Shown: positions 10,001 through 21,327, counted from the first letter of the stretch. The stretch is DNA of 64,000 bases from Bacteroidota bacterium (GCA_023480735.1 JAMCXB010000016.1:576-64575), one strand, 5' to 3'. Program-made: numbers and translations. Notes: a model not told the origin generated them from the sequence alone.

Positions 10001-10778
10001 GAGCTTCACTTTCTCTTCTGAATGCTTCGGCGTACGCGTTGAACCCCCGGAATGCGAGAGATATGTCATGCTGGGTTTCACCGAGTTCGGAAAATTGGCG
10101 CGCAAGCACGGGTGTGTTTGGAGATTCCATCGGACCGTAGCAGCCGTAGCATCCTCTGTCGAACGAGGGACAGATCGCACCGCACCCGGACTGGGTCACA
10201 GGACCGAGACATGGTGTGCCGTGAGCAACCATCACACACACGTTTCCCTTCAGCTTGCAGTCTATACAGACGCTGTGAGTATGTACGTTGGGCTTCCTTT
10301 TGTGAAGAAATGCGTTGATGACTTCTATGAGTTCGTATTTGTTGATCGGACAGCCGCGTAACTCGAAGTCGACATGGACGAAAGATCCTATCGGCAGGGA
10401 TCTGTCGAGAGTCGAAATATGTTCGGGGGAAGCATAAACGATGCGGACAAATTCTTTGATGTCTTTCCAGTTCCTCAGCGCCTGTATTCCGCCTGCCGTG
10501 GCACATGCGCCGATCGTGATCAGCGCGCCGCACGATTTGCGGATTTCCCTGATGTGTTCGACATCGTGCGGCGTCGTGATGCTCCCTTCGACAATCCCGA
10601 TGTCGTACGGTCCCTTGAGCATTCTGCGGGATGCCTCCGGGAAAAAGGCGATGTCTATCGCGTCTGCGACAGCGAGGAGTTCCTCTTCGGCATCGAGAAG
10701 TGAAAGCTGGCAACCGTCGCACGAAGCAAATTTGAAAACTGCTACCCTGGGCTTGCGGCCGTTCCTGCGCACAGGCAT
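9990..10778 (-). CDS. Group 3b hydrogenase small/delta subunit
   Basis: [18 protein letters not shown], and C-terminal CLGPVT..GCGAICP..GCYGC. Confidence 0.94.
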   Translation of the reverse strand: MPVRRNGRKPRVAVFKFASCDGCQLSLLDAEEELLAVADAIDIAFFPEASRRMLKGPYDIGIVEGSITTPHDVEHIREIRKSCGALITIGACATAGGIQALRNWKDIKEFVRIVYASPEHISTLDRSLPIGSFVHVDFELRGCPINKYELIEVINAFLHKRKPNVHTHSVCIDCKLKGNVCVMVAHGTPCLGPVTQSGCGAICPSFDRGCYGCYGPMESPNTPVLARQFSELGETQHDISLAFRGFNAYAEAFRRESEAHEK

Positions 10779-10779
10779 T

Positions 10780-11643
10780 TTACAACTCCTTTTTTTCGAG
10801 CAAGTAATAAACGTCGGGCAGTCTGAAGACCGGACCGTCCTTACATATGAATTTTGGGCCGAATTGACAGTGCCCGCAAAGGCCGACTCCGCATTTCATG
10901 TTCCGTTCCATCGAGATATAAATCTGGTCCTGAGAAAGTCCCCTGCGCTGAAGCTCCTCAACCGTATATTTCATCATTACCTCCGGCCCGCAAACCATCG
11001 CGATCGTCGATTCGGAATCCAGCTTGATGTACGAGAACAAGTTTGTTACCACGCCTATGTGTCCCTTCCACGTCGAATCCCCGCGGTCAACTGTGATAAT
11101 TACCTCCGTGTTCGGCAGCTTATTCCACTGTTCCAGTTCGACCCTGTACAAGAGATCGAGCGGGCTTCTTGCTCCGTAGAGGATAACGATTCGACCGTAG
11201 AGGTCTCTCTTTCTGATGAGCGAATAGATGATCGGTCTTAACGGTGCGAGCCCGATTCCACCTGCCGCAATGCAAATGTCTTTCCCAGCCGCCTCCTCCA
11301 GCGGCCAGGCGGTCCCATACGGTCCGCGGAGACCGATCAGACTGCCGCGTTTGAGCCTGGAGAGGGCAGAGGTTACCGAGCCGACACGGTGGATTGTGTG
11401 TGCCAGCATGCCGGGCTTTCCCGGATCTGAACTGATGGAGATAGCGGATTCGCCCGTTCCAAAGGCATAGATCATGTTGAATTGTCCCGGCTTGAATGAA
11501 TACGGGGAACCGTTCATCTGCGCCGTGTCTATTAAGAGCGTGAAGGTATCGTCAGTTTCCCACACAATCCTGCGGACAGTTGCAAGACAAGGAACCATGG
11601 ACCTGTGCAGTAATTCTGCGGTTTGTGGGGCGATTTCTGTCAT
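10780..11643 (-). CDS. Group 3b hydrogenase gamma subunit (FAD/NAD(P)-binding, 2Fe-2S)
   Basis: [37 protein letters not shown]. Confidence 0.94.
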   Translation of the reverse strand: MTEIAPQTAELLHRSMVPCLATVRRIVWETDDTFTLLIDTAQMNGSPYSFKPGQFNMIYAFGTGESAISISSDPGKPGMLAHTIHRVGSVTSALSRLKRGSLIGLRGPYGTAWPLEEAAGKDICIAAGGIGLAPLRPIIYSLIRKRDLYGRIVILYGARSPLDLLYRVELEQWNKLPNTEVIITVDRGDSTWKGHIGVVTNLFSYIKLDSESTIAMVCGPEVMMKYTVEELQRRGLSQDQIYISMERNMKCGVGLCGHCQFGPKFICKDGPVFRLPDVYYLLEKKEL

Positions 11644-11681
11644 TCGAAAAACTCCAATGGATTACAGGGCTGATATTTATG

Positions 11682-12170
11682 TTAATAGTTTTCGCCTCTT
11701 TCGCCCGGCGCGTTCCCATACACGTCAAGCAGCTGCAAACGCGTGGCTTCGAGGCGTCTTTCCAATACCTCCGAAAAACGGCGCAGCATTTCGTAGCCGA
11801 AGCGGTAATCGGTTTCGCATTTTGTCCGCAGGCACGTAGCGTCAATTGCAAATGCGTGGACCTGCTCCACTGCGTATGCGTCGAAATGCCATCGATACGG
11901 CGATATAAGCCATGACCAGCCCAACACCTCGCCGGGGCCAATGGTCTGGATTCTGATCATGCCTCTCTCTCCGCCGGGGAGCTCGAGTGCAATTCTCCCG
12001 CTGCGAATCAAGTAGAAAGTCTTTGCATCCTCGCCCTCCTTGAATAATCGTGCACCTTCCGGGACCACTATGTTCGAGGCGCACGAGGTGAGCGTCTTCA
12101 AGAGCTCTTCGTTCATGTTGCTAAGGAACGGGTGCTTGTGTAGCGATTCCGTTAAGCCTTGCGGTTCCAT
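11682..12170 (-). CDS. Stand-alone cyclic-nucleotide-binding (Crp N-terminal) domain protein in the hydrogenase operon
   Basis: LFKEGEDAKTFYLIRSG...GEVLGWSWL, with no HTH. Start ATG 12170 (MEPQG). Confidence 0.85.
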   Translation of the reverse strand: MEPQGLTESLHKHPFLSNMNEELLKTLTSCASNIVVPEGARLFKEGEDAKTFYLIRSGRIALELPGGERGMIRIQTIGPGEVLGWSWLISPYRWHFDAYAVEQVHAFAIDATCLRTKCETDYRFGYEMLRRFSEVLERRLEATRLQLLDVYGNAPGERGENY

Positions 12171-12172
12171 GA

Positions 12173-13303
12173 CTAATCTCCTTTTCGCTGTTGTGTCTCC
12201 GCACCTCTTATTGCCTGCACTTCTGCAGTTAAGTCGATTCCGACCGGGCACCATGTAATGCATCGTCCGCATCCCACGCATCCGGAGACTCCGAATTGTT
12301 CCACCCAAGATGAAAGCTTATGTGTAAGCCACTGTCGATAGCGCGACTTTGTAGATATGCGAAAGTTTCCGCCGGCAACCTTTGAGAAGTCGACCGTGAA
12401 GCATGAGTCCCACCGTCTGAGGCGTTCGGCATTCTGTCCCGAAAGGTCCGTTATGTCTTCGACCGTTGAGCAGAAGCATGTCGGACAGACCATCGTGCAG
12501 TTTCCGCAAGTCAGGCATCTCTTTGCGACATCCTCCCAATGTGGATGCTCCAGGTTTTCAGCAAGCAACCTGGGCAAACCGTCTGTCTCCATCGTTTTAT
12601 TCATTTGGGACTCGGTCTGACGTAGCATGGCATCCGTGGTCTCTATCTCCTCTGCACTCGCTGCGCCGGTCTCGACGAGTTCCATTATGGAGGCTCCAAG
12701 CTCGCTTCCAATCTTTACTACGAAGAAATGTGCGCCATCGCGAAACACCTCAGTCAACGATATATCGAAATCCTTCTGCGCTTCGGGGCCGGTCTTCATG
12801 GAGCTGCAGAAACACGTGCCGCCCGCAGTGGTGCAGTTTACAGCGACGATAAACAGGTCCCGTCTTGCCGCAGAGTAAGCGTCGTCCCGATATTCCCCGG
12901 ATTGGAAGACCTTATCCTGAATGAGAATTGCGCTGAGCTCACACGGGCGGACTCCGACGAAGGCGTACTTTATATTGGCGTCGCTCTCATTTGACAGCTC
13001 AAGGGATTTTCCGTCCCTTCTCATGGTAAATAATTTCCGCAAGGGAGGGTAGAGAAATTTTTTCCATGATTGCGGGGTGGCATTGAAGCCGAAATATGAA
13101 TCGTCGCTTCGTTTCGTGAGCCTGTAATTTGCTGGCGATTGTTCGTCAGACCACCCGACGGGAAGTTCGTTCGCTGAGCCTATTCTATCGTATACGATTG
13201 CTTCGTCTCTGAGTGTGGGCCCGACCGTTACATAACCTTTATCCTGGAGCGCCGTGAAGAGCTGCTGGAGATTGTTCGCTTCTAATTTCGAAGTTCTATT
13301 CAT
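12173..13303 (-). CDS. Group 3b hydrogenase beta subunit (4Fe-4S dicluster, AsrA-like)
   Basis: CLTCGNCTMVCPTCFC and GCVGCGRCITWCP. Confidence 0.94.
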   Translation of the reverse strand: MNRTSKLEANNLQQLFTALQDKGYVTVGPTLRDEAIVYDRIGSANELPVGWSDEQSPANYRLTKRSDDSYFGFNATPQSWKKFLYPPLRKLFTMRRDGKSLELSNESDANIKYAFVGVRPCELSAILIQDKVFQSGEYRDDAYSAARRDLFIVAVNCTTAGGTCFCSSMKTGPEAQKDFDISLTEVFRDGAHFFVVKIGSELGASIMELVETGAASAEEIETTDAMLRQTESQMNKTMETDGLPRLLAENLEHPHWEDVAKRCLTCGNCTMVCPTCFCSTVEDITDLSGQNAERLRRWDSCFTVDFSKVAGGNFRISTKSRYRQWLTHKLSSWVEQFGVSGCVGCGRCITWCPVGIDLTAEVQAIRGAETQQRKGD

Positions 13304-13834
13304 AGTATGAAGAAAACCGCTTTTTTATCTCTCTAAATTCTGCAATGGGTGTGCCGTCCATTATGCTGCGTTAAATTGCGCTGCAAGAACGTCCTGTGTC
13401 TTCAGGTGCGAATTTCGGGTGGGACAAAAAGACACCGCAGTCCGATAATGACTGTAAGTTTTTTAAACAGGGGTGAAATTGTTTGTGTCTGTTTATTCTG
13501 CACGATGCGGCATCTGTGCGAATTGCAACATTACCTAACATAGAACAGACCTACCCTTTGGAGTGTTGATTTGAACGGGCCGTAATGCAGAATCCTGAAA
13601 AGGCGCAGCAAGAATTCCTCCGGTAAATCCGCATTAGTGCTCTTCTTCGGAATTCAGCGGACTTGCTGCCGATGGTCTTTCAGCTCGGCGGAACCGAGAC
13701 TATCAATCTATCGAAGACAACGGACGTAGACCGCGGCGAGCCAACGCCTCCCCCTTCCGACCGACGGGTTAAAGTGATCCGGTCATTGTTCGTTCCTCGG
13801 TTTATTGTTCACTCGAATGCGGCCTGATTCGTAA

Positions 13835-16267
13835 TCACGGCTTGAACGCCAGCTCTACATCGTACAGTGTCGGCTGACCCTCTTTGTTGAGATATGCTTT
13901 TGCAGTCATTCCCCACAGCCACGGCAGTTCCTCGACCATTTGAGAGATTCTGCCGAGCAGCTGTTCGCACTTCTCAGAGCCGGAGACTCCGATGTCTTCT
14001 AACATTGCTCTTGTGTCCCTGTCGGTCAATGGAGTAATCCTCTGGATGGGCTGTTTACCAGGAACATTTAAAACGATGAGGGGACCAAAATGGGGGTCGG
14101 ACCTTATTCCGATCTGACATTCACCGTAAACTTCTGTACCGGAGGTCTGCGCTGTTCCGGATATCTTTTGCGGACTGTCGACGCTCAATCCGAAAAATGA
14201 AAGGATGTCGGCCGAATCTTTCCCGCCAACTTTCATAATTCCGTCTGAAGAGGCCTTAGCGTCGACCATGTTTTTCAGTTTAGAATGTGCCGAATTGACA
14301 TCGACGTCTTCGTACCACAATAGTCTTCCCTGAGGCTGCAACCGGTTTTTTGCATACTCGGTTACTCTGGCCAGGGCGAGTGCCGCTGACTCAGGGAAAC
14401 GGTACGATGGAAAGACATAATGTTCAGCTTTGCTGGTCTGAAACGCGGCTGAAGTAGCAACCTGAACCGCTTTTGCCGTCCCCATCAGGCAGAGAAGCAC
14501 GGGCTTATCCGTCTTGGTGCTTCTCTGGGCGAACACGGTCCCCCTTCGGATCGCCCTCCCGATAGGCTGTGGGTCGCATCCACCTATGCACGCGAATATG
14601 GCGATCAGTGAGTCCACATTCTCCTTCTCCATAAGCGACGTTGTAACTCGTTCGTAATCGTCCGCCACGGCGAGCGGGCCCAAGTTCATGACGTTCTCAT
14701 TGGCGACTGATAACCCGTTTGCTTCACAGGTATCGGCACAAATTGTCAGTGCCCCGCCTGCATTGCTGATGATTGCGACGCGGCTTCCCTTCGGCAGCGG
14801 CTGATGTGCGAGCAGCATTGTTATGTCGAACATCTCTTCAAGTGTCTCCGCGCGAATGACCCCGGCCTGCTGGAAGAGTGCGTCAACTTCGAGGTCGGTT
14901 TCAGTATCGCTGCTTCGTATTTGGGCCGCTTCGCGCCCCGCTTTGTTCCTCGCGCTCTTCACGCAGAGTATAGGCTTCTTATATGAGATCCTTCTTGCGA
15001 CTCTGGCGAAACGCCGTGGATTTCCGAAGCGCTCAAGGTACAGGAGTACTATGTCTGTCGACGGATCCTCTTCCCAATACTCGAGGAGATCGTTGCCGGA
15101 TACGTCGCCGCGGTTTCCTCCTGAGACGAAAGTTGAAAAACTTATTCCCCGTTCAACTGCGTAGTCGAGGATCACGATTCCGAGAGCCTCGGTGTGAGAA
15201 AAGAAACCGACCTTCCCCGGCAGCGGCATCAGGCCCGCCAGGCTGGCGTTAAGATTGACCTTATCGTTCGTATTAATGATGCCGAGACAATTCGGTCCGA
15301 TTAGCCGCATTCCGTTTGAACGAACAAATTCTACCAATTCATTCTGAAGTTTAGCGCCTTGCTCTCCGATATCGGCAAAGCCCGCGCTCAGGACAATGGT
15401 TCCTTTAGCACCGATGTCAACTCCTTCGCGGACAACGTCCAACACGTTCGATGCGGGCACCGCGATGACAATCAGATCCGGATGTTCGGGGAGACTGGCT
15501 ATCGATGAATACGCCCGCACTCCCTGAATTGAAGCAGCCTGGCTGTTGACAGGATAAACTGTCCCGGTGAAATTCGATTCGAGAATATGTCTGAACACGA
15601 GGCTCCCGACCGCATTTGCGTCCCTGGAAGCGCCGACCACTGCGATCGACGACGGACTTATGAGTGGGCTGAGGGAGTTTGCAGTGGCGAGACGGTCTCT
15701 CAATTCCGCGCGCTCGCGAACGGCTGCATTCCCACTGACAGGAAACTCTATGTGAATTGTGCTTCCGCCGGCGGCCTTCATGATCTCGAACCCGGCGTCG
15801 CGGAAAACGGTCATCATTTTGTCGTTGTCGGAGAGCATCTCTGCCTCAAATGCCACGAGTCCGTTCGCGGCCGCAATCCCGGCCAGCCTTTCCAGGAGGA
15901 GCGTACCGATACCTTTCCCGTGGTATTTGTCAGCTACAAGGAAAGAGACTTCGGCGGCATTCCTGACCGCGAGGCTCGCGTAGCTCCCTATCCCGACTAC
16001 ACTCTCTGACGATTCGTCGCCAAGAGTCGCCAGCAAACTGGCTCGTTCGCGAGGCTCGTATATGCACATCTCTTCGATTGTCGCCTTCGGAAGGTAACTC
16101 ACTCCAGCCATGAATCGAAAATAGCGGCTTTCTTGAGAGACGTTATTGACCAAAGATTCTACCGCTGAAGCGTCGGCCTGCGTTGCAAAACGCAAAGTCA
16201 AGCCTGAACCGTCACGAAGTAAAACGTGCTCCCGGTAGTTCTGCCATTCTCTAATGATTCTGAACAT
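13835..16267 (-). CDS. GNAT / NDP-forming acyl-CoA synthetase-like fusion (Pat-type protein lysine acetyltransferase)
   Basis: N-terminal GNAT (AEVSFLVADKYHGKGIG), CoA-binding (IAVVGAS, GPNCLG), flavodoxin-like domains and a shortened ATP-grasp tail. Confidence 0.85.
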   Translation of the reverse strand: MFRIIREWQNYREHVLLRDGSGLTLRFATQADASAVESLVNNVSQESRYFRFMAGVSYLPKATIEEMCIYEPRERASLLATLGDESSESVVGIGSYASLAVRNAAEVSFLVADKYHGKGIGTLLLERLAGIAAANGLVAFEAEMLSDNDKMMTVFRDAGFEIMKAAGGSTIHIEFPVSGNAAVRERAELRDRLATANSLSPLISPSSIAVVGASRDANAVGSLVFRHILESNFTGTVYPVNSQAASIQGVRAYSSIASLPEHPDLIVIAVPASNVLDVVREGVDIGAKGTIVLSAGFADIGEQGAKLQNELVEFVRSNGMRLIGPNCLGIINTNDKVNLNASLAGLMPLPGKVGFFSHTEALGIVILDYAVERGISFSTFVSGGNRGDVSGNDLLEYWEEDPSTDIVLLYLERFGNPRRFARVARRISYKKPILCVKSARNKAGREAAQIRSSDTETDLEVDALFQQAGVIRAETLEEMFDITMLLAHQPLPKGSRVAIISNAGGALTICADTCEANGLSVANENVMNLGPLAVADDYERVTTSLMEKENVDSLIAIFACIGGCDPQPIGRAIRRGTVFAQRSTKTDKPVLLCLMGTAKAVQVATSAAFQTSKAEHYVFPSYRFPESAALALARVTEYAKNRLQPQGRLLWYEDVDVNSAHSKLKNMVDAKASSDGIMKVGGKDSADILSFFGLSVDSPQKISGTAQTSGTEVYGECQIGIRSDPHFGPLIVLNVPGKQPIQRITPLTDRDTRAMLEDIGVSGSEKCEQLLGRISQMVEELPWLWGMTAKAYLNKEGQPTLYDVELAFKP

Positions 16268-16470
16268 GACACGGCCCTTTTTGTACTGGCAATTTAATCC
16301 TCAATTAGGCTTCGAAAAAGCCTTTTGACTTTCACCGCAAAACTTTATAATGCAAGAATGAGTTAAGGTATTAGATAAGTGTCCGGGTAATAAGGATTCA
16401 GAGCATTGTTTTCCCGGCTTGAGGTTCTTTGAACTAAAGTACTTTGCAATAAGCAAAAGGAGCACGAACG

Positions 16471-18570
16471 ATGGCAAACACCAATCCACTTGAAGTCAGT
16501 GAAGCCCAAATTGCGGCACACTGGAAGGAAGAGGAGTACTACCAGCCTTCCGCGAAGTTTATATCCCAGGCAAATCTGGCTGATCCTGATGTGGACAAAA
16601 GATTCAGTCTGGAGAACTTCCCGGAGAGTTTCAAAGAGTACGCGGATTTACTTGATTGGTACAGATATTGGCACACGACATTGGACAGCAGCAATCCGCC
16701 GTTCTGGAAATGGTTTTCCGGCGGACTCCTGAACGCAAGTTATAATTGCGTCGACAGACACCTCGCCAAGAATAAAGGGAAAGCCGCATTGATCTTCGTC
16801 CCTGAGCTTGAGAACGAACAGCACCTGGCAATCACCTACCAGGAGCTGTATGTGCGGGTGAACGAAACGGCGGCGCTCCTGCGGGATTTTGCAGGACTGA
16901 AGAAGGGCGACAGAGTGACTATTCACATGCCGATGGTTCCTGAGCTTCCGGTCACGATGCTCGCTTGCGCCCGGCTTGGATTAATTCACTCGGTGGTGTT
17001 CGGCGGTTTCAGCGGGTCGGCTTGCGGCGACAGGATTGCAGACTCGGGAAGCAGGGTACTCGTTACGATGGACGGGTATTACAGGAACGGACAGGTGCAG
17101 AACCACAAGGAGAAGGCAGACGTCGCTGTCGCTCGTGCGAAAGAGCTCGGGGCTGTCGTAGATAAGGTGCTTGTCTGGCGCCGTCATCAAGGGAAGTATG
17201 TCTCTTCGACTCCTATGGTCGAAGGGAGAGACTATTTCATGGACGAGGTCTTGAAGGATTACAGGGGAAGGAGAGTGGCTCCTGTTCCTGTAGCCTCTGA
17301 AGACCCTCTCTTCCTGATGTACACAAGCGGTACGACGGGCAAGCCGAAGGGAATACAGCACAGCACGGGGGGGTATCTGTCTTACGCGGCAGGAACGGCG
17401 AAGAACATTCTTGATATTCATCCGGATGATATTTACTGGTGCATGGCCGATATAGGATGGATAACCGGCCATTCATATATAGTCTATGGTCCGCTTGCAC
17501 TCGGAACGACGAGTGTTATTTATGAGGGAGTCCCCACCTATCCAGATGCCGGCAGACCGTGGAGGATCGCGGAGCAGCTTGACGTCAACATCTTCCATAC
17601 CGCTCCGACTTCGATCCGGCAACTGCGGAAAATTGGGCCCGAAGAGCCGAAGAAGTATAATTATCATTTTAAATTGATGGTAACTGTGGGTGAGCCGATT
17701 GAGCCGGATGTGTGGAGATGGTACTACAACGAGGTAGGCAAGAAAGAGGCGGTCATTGTTGACACATGGTGGCAGACCGAGAATGGCGGATTCCTATGCA
17801 GCACTAAGCCGGCCTTGAATCCCATGAAACCCGGCAGCGCAGGTCCCGGGGTCCCGGGCATCCATCCCGTTGTGTATGATGAGAATGGGGATGAACTTCC
17901 TCCCGGTACGCAGAGAGCGGGGAACATCTGCATCAGGAACCCCTGGCCGGGCATAATGCAAACTATCTGGGGAGACCCTCAGCGGTACGTGCAGACTTAC
18001 TACTCAAAGTATTGCAAAGACAAAAACAGCAAAAACTGGAAGGATTGGCCATATTTTGCAGGAGACGGCGCTCTCTACGCCGCAGACGGCTATATCAGAA
18101 TTCTCGGCCGTGTCGATGACGTGATTAACGTAGCCGGACACAGGTTGGGAACCAAGGAGCTCGAGTCGGCATGCCTTACGATTCCCGAAGTGGCGGAAGC
18201 GGCCGTCGTGCCGGTCGTAGATCAGGTGAAGGGAAGAGTGCCGGAAGTCTACATAGCGCTCAAACCCGGAGTCAGCGTCGATCACGGCGAAGTCCAGAGG
18301 AAAGTAGTGAACGCCATAGAGAATATGATCGGAAAGATCGCAAGGCCGTCGCACGTATGGGTGGCCGAGGACATGCCAAAGACGCGCTCGGGAAAAATAA
18401 TGCGAAGAGTCCTCGCGGCTGTGTCTAATAACATGCCTGTCGGAGACGTTACAACGCTGGCGAATCCAGATATCGTGGAACACATTAAGGTCATGGTTCA
18501 ATCTCAGACTAAGCGCGCCGCGACTGAGGAGACTCCGGAGGATATCAAGCAGTTCGGACGGACGGAGTAA
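16471..18570 (+). CDS. acs: Acetyl-CoA synthetase (AMP-forming)
   Basis: YTSGTTGKPKG, ADIGWITGHSY, DTWWQTE, PKTRSGK. Confidence 0.97.
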   Translation: MANTNPLEVSEAQIAAHWKEEEYYQPSAKFISQANLADPDVDKRFSLENFPESFKEYADLLDWYRYWHTTLDSSNPPFWKWFSGGLLNASYNCVDRHLAKNKGKAALIFVPELENEQHLAITYQELYVRVNETAALLRDFAGLKKGDRVTIHMPMVPELPVTMLACARLGLIHSVVFGGFSGSACGDRIADSGSRVLVTMDGYYRNGQVQNHKEKADVAVARAKELGAVVDKVLVWRRHQGKYVSSTPMVEGRDYFMDEVLKDYRGRRVAPVPVASEDPLFLMYTSGTTGKPKGIQHSTGGYLSYAAGTAKNILDIHPDDIYWCMADIGWITGHSYIVYGPLALGTTSVIYEGVPTYPDAGRPWRIAEQLDVNIFHTAPTSIRQLRKIGPEEPKKYNYHFKLMVTVGEPIEPDVWRWYYNEVGKKEAVIVDTWWQTENGGFLCSTKPALNPMKPGSAGPGVPGIHPVVYDENGDELPPGTQRAGNICIRNPWPGIMQTIWGDPQRYVQTYYSKYCKDKNSKNWKDWPYFAGDGALYAADGYIRILGRVDDVINVAGHRLGTKELESACLTIPEVAEAAVVPVVDQVKGRVPEVYIALKPGVSVDHGEVQRKVVNAIENMIGKIARPSHVWVAEDMPKTRSGKIMRRVLAAVSNNMPVGDVTTLANPDIVEHIKVMVQSQTKRAATEETPEDIKQFGRTE

Positions 18571-18997
18571 TTGCCAGGGCAAACAGCAGTGATGAGAGGC
18601 CGTCCGTACTGATCAAAATTCGCACAGCGTGCCGGAAGGGCATGCCCTTGCCGATTGATGCCGTGTATTCTGATGTGAGGTGCACCTGCAGCTTATGCTG
18701 TCTGAGCAAGTTGACCTGCAGCTCAAATGGGAGCGGCAGTCGCAAACGCTTGGCTTCAGCACTGCTCATCGGCAGACTGTTTCCTCCGGTTATCGAGTGT
18801 TCTGCCCTTCTATAGTTGCAAGAGAGTCCAGCCGGACTTAAGTTGAACAGGAGGGAGATCGTCGGAAATATGTTCTTCGATTTCCCTTTTGTTGAAACCG
18901 TAGTTCTTATCTGACAACCCGTAACTTCCACGTTAGATGAGGCAGCAGCGATGTCAATTGGCGGGCGCAATAGAATTTTCGCTGGTGGGGACTTCCA

Positions 18998-20467
18998 ATG
19001 ATTCCCATTGAGTATTTCCTTCTGGTCGGTTCAGTTCTCGTCCTCCTGAGCATTGGTATAGCAAAGCTCTCCGACAATCTCGGGGTCCCAGTGCTTCTCC
19101 TGTTTTTGATTCTCGGGATGTTGGCAGGGTCCGAAGGAATTGGCGGGATTTATTTCGACAACGCCGGGTTGGCTCAATCGATAGGAATAGTCGCCCTCAT
19201 ATTCATCCTGTTCGCGGGTGGTTTAGACACGAAATGGTCTGAGGTCCGCCCGGTTGTATGGCAGGCGGCCGGACTATCAATCGCGGGTGTCTTTATCACG
19301 GCTCTGGCTGTGGGTCTGTTTGCGACGTGGCTTCTGGGATTTTCATTCCTTGAAGGACTTCTTCTTGGTGCAGTTGTTTCTTCTACCGATGCAGCGGCCG
19401 TGTTTGCCGTTTTGAGGTCGCGGAAGATTAGTCTGAAAGGAAACCTGAAACCCTTGCTGGAACTGGAATCCGGTAGTAACGATCCTATGGCGGTTTTTCT
19501 GACTGTCGGCACGATCCAGCTTATCACGCTGCCTCGCACTTCGATAGCTGAGGTGATGCTCCAGTTCTTTCTTCAGATGGGGATAGGGGCTTTGCTTGGG
19601 TTGACTCTGGGCCGGGCGATGGTTTTCGTCCTTAACTGGCTGAAAATCTCCCATGAAGGTATTTACCCTGTTCTTGTGCTGGCTTTCGCCACGTTTGTTT
19701 ACGGCACAACCGCTACACTTGGCGGAAGCGGGTTTCTTGCGGTGTATATATGTGGGCTTGTGGCTGGAAGGGCGGAATTTGTGCAAAAGAAGAGTCTGCT
19801 GAGGTTTTTCGACGGTCTCGCCTGGTTGAGTCAGATCGGTATGTTCTTGACTCTCGGTCTTCTTGTCTATCCATCGCAGGTCTTTTCGGTTGTAGGAGCA
19901 GGTTTACTCGTGTCCGGATTCCTGATGTTTGTCGCACGCCCGCTCAGCGTCTTTTCAATGCTGAGTTTTGCCCAGTCGCCTTGGCGTGACAAGGCGTTCG
20001 TCTCGTGGGTTGGATTGCGGGGCGCTGTGCCTATCATACTTGCGACTTTTCCGCTGATTGCCGGGTTGCCCAAAGCAGGGATGCTCTTCAATCTGGTTTT
20101 CTTTATTGTCCTTACCTCAGGGCTTCTACAAGGATGGTCTGTTCCATATGTCGCACGTCTTTTGAAAGTCGATGCCCCTCTCAGGCAAAAGCGGAAATAC
20201 CCGATTGAGTTTGCTCCCATGGACGGCATGAACGCCGAACTGGTCGATTTCATGGTCCCGCACAACTCGACAGCAGTTGGGAAGTCGCTCGTAGAATTGT
20301 CTTTTCCTCAGGATACTTTGGTTGTACTCATCAGCAGAGACGATGGGTACGTCGTCCCCAGCGGCGGCACAATTCTGCAAGAGGGGGATACGATACTCGT
20401 CCTTAGTAGCGAAGAATATCTACCCGAGATTCGTGCCAGATTGTCGAAGCCGAAGACTCGCGAATGA
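18998..20467 (+). CDS. cvrA: K+/H+ antiporter (CvrA/NhaP2 family) with TrkA-C domain
   Basis: SSTDAAAV, ELESGSNDP, WVGLRGAVPIILA and a C-terminal RCK_C domain. Confidence 0.9.
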   Translation: MIPIEYFLLVGSVLVLLSIGIAKLSDNLGVPVLLLFLILGMLAGSEGIGGIYFDNAGLAQSIGIVALIFILFAGGLDTKWSEVRPVVWQAAGLSIAGVFITALAVGLFATWLLGFSFLEGLLLGAVVSSTDAAAVFAVLRSRKISLKGNLKPLLELESGSNDPMAVFLTVGTIQLITLPRTSIAEVMLQFFLQMGIGALLGLTLGRAMVFVLNWLKISHEGIYPVLVLAFATFVYGTTATLGGSGFLAVYICGLVAGRAEFVQKKSLLRFFDGLAWLSQIGMFLTLGLLVYPSQVFSVVGAGLLVSGFLMFVARPLSVFSMLSFAQSPWRDKAFVSWVGLRGAVPIILATFPLIAGLPKAGMLFNLVFFIVLTSGLLQGWSVPYVARLLKVDAPLRQKRKYPIEFAPMDGMNAELVDFMVPHNSTAVGKSLVELSFPQDTLVVLISRDDGYVVPSGGTILQEGDTILVLSSEEYLPEIRARLSKPKTRE

Positions 20468-20560
20468 GCCGATTTTCCTCTGTCTCTGTAGGTGGTTTTG
20501 TCTTACGGACCCGGTTTTAAGACGAGACATTCGAAAGGAGAGAAACTCTCAGAGAGGTGA

Positions 20561-21187
20561 CTATTTTGTCTTGCGAAACGTCAGCACGACTTCTCCAGCG
20601 ACGAAGAACTGTCTGTCATCTAATGAGAAGCTTAAGACCTGGTAGGATTTATTTGAGGGTTTGAGGTGAATCTTGTCGTTTGCAAACTCGTACAACCGCA
20701 CGATCAGGACTCCGGCTGCACTGCCAAGTACGAGTGAGTTCTGCTCCGGTTCAGGAACTCTTCTACACACCACATAATCACCTTTGAACAGGCCCATGTA
20801 ATTCATCGCGTCATCGGATACTCGCACTGCGAACAATTCCCCTTCCGGGAGGAGTTTGGAATCGAAGTGGAGGACATCGATTATATTCGAGAAGATAATC
20901 TCGCGCGATTCGATCCTGGAGACGACGGGAATTGTCCTGACAGAAGGAGGAATATCCGGATTTGTGAGTTCTGCCTTCGGGAGGTTAATTCCACGTGATC
21001 GACCCGCCTCACGTTCGATGTAGCCTTTCTTTTCCAATGCCTTCAGCAGGTCGCTGACGGCGCGGGTCGATTTGATGCCCATCTGCTCGCCGAGTTCACG
21101 GAAGGTTGGGGGTTTGGAGTGGTCTTTCATGAAGCGTCGAATGAATTCCAGCGCCTCACCTTGCCGTTTTGTTAGACCTCTTGCCAT
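20561..21187 (-). CDS. LexA-like repressor with a degenerate S24 peptidase domain
   Basis: LTKRQ..PPTFREL..ALEKKGYI..RSRGI winged HTH. The C-terminal S24 fold lacks the AG cleavage site and the catalytic Ser and Lys. Confidence 0.85.
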   Translation of the reverse strand: MARGLTKRQGEALEFIRRFMKDHSKPPTFRELGEQMGIKSTRAVSDLLKALEKKGYIEREAGRSRGINLPKAELTNPDIPPSVRTIPVVSRIESREIIFSNIIDVLHFDSKLLPEGELFAVRVSDDAMNYMGLFKGDYVVCRRVPEPEQNSLVLGSAAGVLIVRLYEFANDKIHLKPSNKSYQVLSFSLDDRQFFVAGEVVLTFRKTK

Positions 21188-21327
21188 CGCGAGGTAAATT
21201 ACGCAACACAAGTTTAGCGGTCAAGATGCCTGGTGCATTTTTCTCGGTTCTGTTTAGTAAAAAGATTATAACGGCATTGAATGTTAAAAATAGTCTAAAA
21301 TCTGGCGGAATTTGGCGTGTTCTGCCT

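Noticed and set aside
10001-10180. 60-aa N-terminal extension of the hydrogenase large subunit
   Set aside because: It overlaps the delta subunit; ATG 10000 gives the typical N-terminus.
18571-18997. Possible gene relic between acs and cvrA
   Set aside because: The fragments look vaguely protein-like, but no family could be assigned.
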